A stretch of DNA of 64,000 nucleotides from Chitinophaga nivalis (GTDB taxonomy: Bacteria; Bacteroidota; Bacteroidia; Chitinophagales; Chitinophagaceae), in the NCBI RefSeq assembly GCF_025989125.1, contig NZ_JAPDNR010000001.1, forward strand, positions 3,523,953-3,587,952, given 5' to 3'. The translations under genes were made by a program, and so were the position numbers. The notes below the pieces were generated by a model that searched no databases, was not told where the DNA came from, and saw only the letters and a list, made by a program, of their open reading frames with translations. This document shows, one piece after another, positions 58,513 to 64,000 of this stretch (position 1 is the stretch's first letter; every line of letters begins with the position of its first letter).

Positions 58513-59118
58513 TTCATTTTTTTAAAGCAGTACAGGTAGGCCTGTCTCAAAAAGTGAGCGGAATGCCTGTTGGTCATCTTTGTAAAAATCTTTTCAAAAG
58601 AGGAAGAAAGGCTGTTGGATAAAAGTATTCCCGGAAAAACCACCCGCGTGATATCTTCAAAAAACAGCTGTAAACCCTGTTCATCATCCCGGTAAATAAT
58701 TGTCTGCTATTTATCTCTCTCTCCGGGAAAATTATTGGGTAATCATGATGGCGAAAAGAAGTCGTGCTATCTGAAGCAAGCCTGCAAAACTATCTATATA
58801 CGTGGTAAGGATGGCCCATGTAAAGCACAGAAATAGCGCAGGAATGATAGGATATTACCAGTAATGCTTACTACTACCTTACTAAAACGAATGATCCACC
58901 TTAACACCAGGAATGCCTTCGGATTTTTTGGGTAAAATAATATCATCAGATGGGTGTCGGGAGGAAAAATGTGCTGTGACGAGAGGCTATGAAATTAAAC
59001 ATTTTTTATTCCAAAACAGCAAATAAGGAAGGCCGGATCAAAGATAGCCATATGGCTTACATCCCCCGAATAAATCAATAGGTGGGCATCTTCCGAAAAA
59101 TTAATGATATACAGTCAT

Positions 59119-59178
59119 CTTCCTGAAAATATCCTGTACACATCGTACCCGATGGAACAGGATATTTTCAGGAAGATA
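59119..59178. repeat. 20-bp-arm inverted repeat with a 20-nt loop, immediately 3' of the minus-strand C-N hydrolase gene
   Basis: TCTTCCTGAAAATATCCTGT ... ACAGGATATTTTCAGGAAGA are perfect reverse complements. No U-tract follows on either strand. Confidence 0.4.
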
Positions 59179-59196
59179 TTTAACAACACAGATTGA

Positions 59197-60153
59197 TTAC
59201 TGTTCTTTTTCCTGGAGCCATACTACTTTCTGCACGGCTTCGTGGGGCGCCGCAATAATATTACCATATAAATCAGGGCGTCTGGCTTCCCGGTAACGGT
59301 GACCACCGGCCTTTTCCAGTTTATCGCGGGTGAGGGTAGCAGTAACCACCTGGTTGTCCAGTTGCCGGCATTCTGCAATCACATCTCCAAACGGATCTAC
59401 AATCATAGAACAACCGTTTTTCAGCTGATCATCGTCCATGCCGATCGGGTTGGAAAACACGGCATAAATACCGTTGTCATACGCCCGTGCAGGCAACCAT
59501 TTCATGAGCCAGGAACGTCCTTTCATGCCATCAAATTCCAGGCGCAGCGGCGTGGGATCTTCCTGGCGGTTTTGCCACAGCTGCGGATCTACAAATCCTG
59601 CACCGGGCCGGGGAGAAGGCGTGCACATGGTAACGTGTGGCATGAAGATAATTTCCGCTCCCAGTAAAGCAGTGGCTCTTACATTTTCAATCACATTATT
59701 ATCATAACAGATTAAGATGCCGCATTTCCATTTCCCCAGATTAAATACCACATATTCAGTACCTGGTTTTAAATGCGGATTGATGAAAGGATGCAGCTTC
59801 CGGTATTTCGCCACCAATCCGTTTTTATCTACACATACATACGCTTTGAACAGCTGATTGTCGGCATCTTTCTCAAATAATCCGGCGAGGACGGCGATGT
59901 CATATTCCGCTGCAATCTCTTGTAATGCTTTTATGGAAGGCCCGTCCGGAATAGGTTCCGCCAGCGCCAGCATGTCTGCTTCCGATAAATGACGGGCAAA
60001 GGTGTAACCGGTTATAGAACATTCATGAAAGGCAACTGCCTGTGCGCCCTGTGCAGCTGCCTGTGCAGTTAACTGCCGGATCACGGCAAGATTATGTGCC
60101 TTGTCGCCACTCTTGTTTTCAAATTGCGCCGTGGCAATTCTGATGTTTTCCAT
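59197..60153 (-). CDS. Carbon-nitrogen hydrolase (nitrilase/amidase superfamily)
   Basis: 318 aa with the catalytic triad context: E in ...AVAFHECS..., K in ...KYRKLHP..., and C in ...GILICYDN.... Confidence 0.8.
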   Translation of the reverse strand: MENIRIATAQFENKSGDKAHNLAVIRQLTAQAAAQGAQAVAFHECSITGYTFARHLSEADMLALAEPIPDGPSIKALQEIAAEYDIAVLAGLFEKDADNQLFKAYVCVDKNGLVAKYRKLHPFINPHLKPGTEYVVFNLGKWKCGILICYDNNVIENVRATALLGAEIIFMPHVTMCTPSPRPGAGFVDPQLWQNRQEDPTPLRLEFDGMKGRSWLMKWLPARAYDNGIYAVFSNPIGMDDDQLKNGCSMIVDPFGDVIAECRQLDNQVVTATLTRDKLEKAGGHRYREARRPDLYGNIIAAPHEAVQKVVWLQEKEQ

Positions 60154-60270
60154 ATCTCAAGTTTTTTATTTCACTGTTGAAAACGAAGATACGTGGCATT
60201 TGTCATTACTCGCTGGAAGACTATGGTTTCGCCGGTTTTCTGTATATTCGCCATTTCAATTTACATTAAA

Positions 60271-62505
60271 ATGCCCCAACCGGATAATACAAATATCATC
60301 TTTCACCTGGCGGCAGATTTCATTAACCAGACACACCGCCACATCTTCCTGACAGGTAAGGCGGGAACAGGGAAAACTACGTTCCTGAAATATATCAAGG
60401 AACATACCCGTAAAAATACGGTAGTAGTAGCACCTACAGGTGTAGCGGCGATCAATGCAGGTGGTGTAACCATGCACTCTTTTTTTCAGCTGCCTTTTGG
60501 TCCCTTTATTCCCGGGAGCAAACGGGGATTTGGAATGGATGAAATCAGTACTACAGATAAACATACCTTGTTTCGCAACATTCGTTTTACGAACGACAAA
60601 AAAGTATTGTTGCAGGAAATGGAATTGCTGATCATCGATGAGGTGAGTATGGTACGCTGCGATATGCTGGATGCCATCGATACCATCCTGCGTCACTTCC
60701 GTAACAAACCTTTGTTGCCTTTTGGTGGCGTACAGGTACTTTTTATCGGTGATCTTTTTCAGTTGCCGCCAGTAGTACCCGATGCAGAATGGCAGATGCT
60801 GCAGGAGTATTACAACAGTAATTTTTTCTTCGATGCAAAAGTGATTGAACAGGCGCCTCCTTTATACATCGAGCTGAAAAAAATATACCGGCAAAATGAA
60901 CAGACTTTCATTGATGTGCTCAACCGGGTACGTAATAATGAAGTCACCCACAATGACCTGCAGTTACTCAATGACCACTATCAGCCGGAGTTTACCGGAG
61001 CAGATGAAGAATATATCGTACTGACCACCCACAACCGGAAAGCAGACGAAATCAATACCCGCCGCCTGGCGGCCATGCCCGGAAAAGTATATCGCTTTGA
61101 AGGCAAGATAGAAGGCGATTTCAGTGATAAGGCCTTGCCGACGGAGTTGCTGCTGCAACTGAAAATCGGCGCACAGGTGATGTTCCTGAAAAATGACCTC
61201 GCGCAACCCCGCCGTTATTATAATGGTAAGATTGCGACCGTAAAAGAAATCGACGACGAAGAAATTACCCTCGTGCTGGCCGGCTCACATGAAGAGCTGA
61301 AACTGGGCAAGGAAACCTGGCGTAATATCCGCTATTCCTTCAATGCAGAAGAAAACAGTATTGAAGAAGAAGAAATCGGCAGCTTTACCCAGTTTCCGAT
61401 CCGGCTGGCCTGGGCCATCACCATCCATAAAAGCCAGGGGCTTACTTTTGAACGGGCTATTATTGATGCTGGTTACGCTTTTGCACCTGGTCAGGTATAT
61501 GTAGCCCTCAGCCGCTGTACTTCCCTGGAAGGGCTGGTGCTGCACTCCCGCATCGGGTATGGCAGCATTAAAACAGACCGGCAGGTGATTGAGTTTGCTC
61601 AAAAGGAAAATGAAGCTAACGAACTGGTGGTATTGCTGGAAATAGAACGGAAAAAATTCCAGGCGTCTTCTTTGCTGCAACTGTTCGACTGGTACCGCAT
61701 GCAGGCCATGATGCGCAGTCATGCCGTATGGATACAGGATAAAAAAGTACCCGACTTCGATGCCACCCTGCAGCTAAGCCGTACCCTGGTGCTGAAAACA
61801 GAACAGCAACAGGAAGTCGCCAATAAATTTGTCAGTCAGCTGAATCAGATACTGGATACTGTGGTGCAAACCGGAGAAACAGCCCAGCTGGTGGAGCGCA
61901 TGAATAAAGCGATCGGTTATTTTACCCAGAGTATTTATGAAGACCTGATCAAACCTTTACAGGCGCATATAGAAGATGTGAAAAAATCCCGCTCCAAGAA
62001 ATACCACCTGCAGTTGATGGCCATCGAGTCTGACTGCTGGAATAAGTTACGGCAGGTATGGGAAGTGTCGTATGGCGACGTGGTATTTACCAGCGGGTTA
62101 AAAGATTATCTGCAACTGCGGCATACCGATACCGCCACCGCTGCGGCCACACCAGCCGTGAAAGCGCCGGCCAAAGGAAAAGTGGAAAAGGGGAGTAGTC
62201 GCCGGGGCACCCTCGAGCTGTACCTGGGCGGTAAAACCATTCAAGACATCGCCAAAGAAAGGCAACTGGCCATCGGTACCGTGGAAAGCCACCTGGCGCA
62301 ATGTATTGAAGCCGGTGAAATGGATATGTCCCGCTTTATTTCTGACGCAAAAGTAAAACTGATCACAGATCATATCCGGGCATTGGGTGCTACTGCTGCC
62401 GGACCTATCAAGGAAAGGGTAGGAGATGCCGCCAGCTTTGCGGAAATCAGGATTGTACAGTGGTACCTGAAAAAGCAGCAGGAAGCACAGATTATGAACG
62501 ACTAA
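60271..62505 (+). CDS. PIF1/RecD-like SF1B ATP-dependent DNA helicase with a C-terminal helix-turn-helix domain
   Basis: Walker A is LTGKAGTGKTT, Walker B is LLIIDEVSMV, and the C-terminal SF1B motif is WAITIHKSQGLTFERAIID. The tail has an HTH (TIQDIAKERQLAIGTVESHLAQCIE). The ATG at 60271 (MPQPDN) is inside the track ORF that starts at 60193. Confidence 0.8.
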   Translation: MPQPDNTNIIFHLAADFINQTHRHIFLTGKAGTGKTTFLKYIKEHTRKNTVVVAPTGVAAINAGGVTMHSFFQLPFGPFIPGSKRGFGMDEISTTDKHTLFRNIRFTNDKKVLLQEMELLIIDEVSMVRCDMLDAIDTILRHFRNKPLLPFGGVQVLFIGDLFQLPPVVPDAEWQMLQEYYNSNFFFDAKVIEQAPPLYIELKKIYRQNEQTFIDVLNRVRNNEVTHNDLQLLNDHYQPEFTGADEEYIVLTTHNRKADEINTRRLAAMPGKVYRFEGKIEGDFSDKALPTELLLQLKIGAQVMFLKNDLAQPRRYYNGKIATVKEIDDEEITLVLAGSHEELKLGKETWRNIRYSFNAEENSIEEEEIGSFTQFPIRLAWAITIHKSQGLTFERAIIDAGYAFAPGQVYVALSRCTSLEGLVLHSRIGYGSIKTDRQVIEFAQKENEANELVVLLEIERKKFQASSLLQLFDWYRMQAMMRSHAVWIQDKKVPDFDATLQLSRTLVLKTEQQQEVANKFVSQLNQILDTVVQTGETAQLVERMNKAIGYFTQSIYEDLIKPLQAHIEDVKKSRSKKYHLQLMAIESDCWNKLRQVWEVSYGDVVFTSGLKDYLQLRHTDTATAAATPAVKAPAKGKVEKGSSRRGTLELYLGGKTIQDIAKERQLAIGTVESHLAQCIEAGEMDMSRFISDAKVKLITDHIRALGATAAGPIKERVGDAASFAEIRIVQWYLKKQQEAQIMND

Positions 62506-62528
62506 CACATCACCAGCCAATAGGAAAG

Positions 62529-62576
62529 GAACGCATGAGGTATCGGGTAGCACCGTATCTCATGCGTTCTTTTTTT
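62529..62576 (+). terminator. Rho-independent terminator downstream of the helicase gene
   Basis: GAACGCATGAG-(19 nt)-CTCATGCGTTC followed by TTTTTTT. Confidence 0.7.
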
Positions 62577-62676
62577 CAGTGAAGAATCATCCAGGAACCG
62601 GTAAAAAAGAGGAAGGAATACTGTCGGGCGTGCCGCTACCTTTGCAGGTTAGCATCACTGTATAAATACTTAACCC

Positions 62677-63432
62677 GTGAGAGTAGGATTATTTATTCCT
62701 TGTTATATTGATCAGTTTTATCCGCAGGTGGGTATTGCCACCCTGGAACTGCTGCAGAAGCTGGGCTGCGAGGTCGTGTATCCGCAGGGGCAGACCTGTT
62801 GCGGCCAGCCGATGGCCAACTCCGGATATGAACACCTGACACACGATTGCAACCAGCTGTTTACCAAAAACTTTGCGGACTTTGATTATATCGTAGGGCC
62901 ATCCGGCAGCTGTGTACTGCATATCCGGGAGCATTTACACGATCCGGCTGCGGCTACCGCCGCTGCCGGTATACGGTCGCGGATATACGAATTAACGGAG
63001 TTCCTGACGGATGTACTGAAAGTAACCTCCCTGCCGGCCCGCTTTCCCTGTAAGGTAGGGTTGCACCAGAGTTGCCACGGCCAGCGGGGCCTGGGCCTGG
63101 CGCAGATGAGTGAGCTGGTGGCGCCGCCGTTTTCCAAGCCGGAACAGCTGCTGCAAATGGTGGAAGGAGTAGAGCTGGTAGCACTGGACCGGAAAGATGA
63201 ATGCTGCGGTTTTGGCGGTACTTTCTGTGTGACAGAGGAAGCCGTTTCCGTGAAGATGGGAAAAGATCGTGTAGCCGATCACGTTAAACACGGTGCTACA
63301 GTAATAACCGGTACGGATGTCAGTTGCCTCATGCACCTCGAAGGTATACTGCGGCGGCAGCAGCAACCGGTTAAAGTAATGCACATTGCAGAAATCCTCA
63401 ATCAAAACTTGCATGAACAGGCAAACAGCTGA
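62677..63432 (+). CDS. lutA: Lactate utilization protein A (Fe-S oxidoreductase, CCG-domain)
   Basis: MRVGLFIPCYIDQFYPQVGIATLELLQKLGCEVVYPQGQTCCGQP is the LutA/YkgE N-terminus. There are two CCG cysteine-rich domains. Confidence 0.8.
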   Translation: MRVGLFIPCYIDQFYPQVGIATLELLQKLGCEVVYPQGQTCCGQPMANSGYEHLTHDCNQLFTKNFADFDYIVGPSGSCVLHIREHLHDPAAATAAAGIRSRIYELTEFLTDVLKVTSLPARFPCKVGLHQSCHGQRGLGLAQMSELVAPPFSKPEQLLQMVEGVELVALDRKDECCGFGGTFCVTEEAVSVKMGKDRVADHVKHGATVITGTDVSCLMHLEGILRRQQQPVKVMHIAEILNQNLHEQANS

Positions 63433-64000
63433 TCACGCCACCCTGGCGGAAAAGTTCAATGAAAATGAACCGCGGGTAAACTGGCACGATGAAACGTTAT
63501 GGTGGGTAAGGGCGAAACGCGACCGCATGGCATGGACCCTGCCGGAGTGGGAACAGTTGCGTGCAGCCGCTTCGCAGATAAAATTAAATGTACTGGGTAA
63601 TCTCCACAACTACCTGTTACAATTTGAGGAACAGGCCATACAAAATGGGGCTATCGTGCACTGGGCGGCCGATGCAGCGGAACATAACCGCATCGTAAAT
63701 GACATATTACAGCAGCATGGGGTGAAGAAGATCGTGAAGAGTAAATCCATGCTTACGGAAGAATGTCACCTGAACCCTTACCTGGAAGCCAATGGTATTG
63801 AAGTAATAGATACAGACCTGGGAGAACGTATTGTACAACTGGCCAAAGAGCCACCCAGTCATATCGTATTGCCTTGTATTCATAAGAAGAAGGAAGAAAT
63901 CGGAGCATTGTTCCATGAGCACCTGGGCACGCCAGCCGGTAACGCGGATCCGCAGTTGCTGACGCATGCCGCACGGCTGCATCTCCGGACGGCCTTCCTG
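63413..64000 (+). CDS. lutB: Lactate utilization protein B (iron-sulfur cluster-binding), N-terminal part; continues beyond the window
   Basis: The ATG at 63413 translates as MNRQTADHATLAEKFNENEPRVNWHDETLWWVRAKRD…, the LutB N-terminus. It overlaps the lutA stop and has no stop before the window end. It is not in the ORF track because it is open-ended. Confidence 0.7.
   Translation, partial: MNRQTADHATLAEKFNENEPRVNWHDETLWWVRAKRDRMAWTLPEWEQLRAAASQIKLNVLGNLHNYLLQFEEQAIQNGAIVHWAADAAEHNRIVNDILQQHGVKKIVKSKSMLTEECHLNPYLEANGIEVIDTDLGERIVQLAKEPPSHIVLPCIHKKKEEIGALFHEHLGTPAGNADPQLLTHAARLHLRTAFL

Noticed and set aside
63707-63982. Minus-strand ORFs of 91 and 73 aa at the window end
   Set aside because: They lie opposite the open-ended plus-strand frame, which encodes a clear LutB N-terminus starting at 63413.
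1-64000. Mobile genetic element, genomic island, prophage or CRISPR array
   Set aside because: There is no transposase, integrase, recombinase, phage structural gene, tRNA target site, long terminal inverted repeat or regularly spaced repeat array anywhere in the window. The only repeats are the isolated hairpins and inverted repeats reported above.

Overview
The window is a 64 kb chromosomal segment from a Bacteroidota genome. The evidence is two ECF-sigma/FecR/SusC-STN/SusD modules, N-terminal lipoboxes, a Bacteroidetes-type TAnnTTTG -7 promoter box, and a GC content of roughly 50%; this is likely Chitinophagaceae-like. No rRNA, tRNA, CRISPR, transposase or integrase was found, so it looks like core or accessory metabolic chromosome rather than a mobile island.

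Gene content in order:
- 2..829: the 3' end of dinB.
- 877..10853: an ECF sigma / anti-sigma / SusC / SusD unit followed by two lipoproteins and a TlpA-like thiol-disulfide oxidoreductase. It has no CAZyme.
- 10910..15061: a minus-strand block with an orphan small protein, a small membrane protein, an ankyrin-repeat protein and an ABC exporter.
- 15225..19120: housekeeping genes (GNAT, HAD, Xaa-Pro aminopeptidase, AraC).
- 19811..24701: a TetR-TolC-EmrA-EmrB efflux operon, with a candidate operator and promoter upstream.
- 24808..28272: a GNAT acetyltransferase and a TonB-dependent receptor.
- 28381..34266: assorted genes (DUF962, a HIBADH-like oxidoreductase, HxlR, DoxX, flotillin, a ROK kinase).
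- 34360..56036: the most interesting stretch. It holds two peptidases (M90, M28) and a complete four-enzyme 4-hydroxyproline catabolic cluster. Next comes a second ECF/FecR/SusC/SusD unit. Its only downstream genes are a LacZ-like GH2 beta-galactosidase, a clan GH-G (GH63/GH37-like) alpha-glucosidase-like protein, and a fused APH-kinase plus class-III aminotransferase-fold protein. The fusion resembles hydroxylysine kinase plus 5-phosphohydroxylysine phospho-lyase. Together these read as a candidate locus for using glycosylated hydroxylysine (Glc-alpha1,2-Gal-beta-O-Hyl) from collagen or collagen-like glycopeptides.
- 56055..64000: rpiA, a KgtP-like MFS transporter, a cold-shock protein, a C-N hydrolase, a PIF1/RecD-like helicase with a C-terminal HTH, and lutA/lutB.

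Several Rho-independent terminators, an orphan terminator suggesting an sRNA, a long spaced inverted repeat inside the efflux operon, and two unusually long ORF-free regions are also reported.
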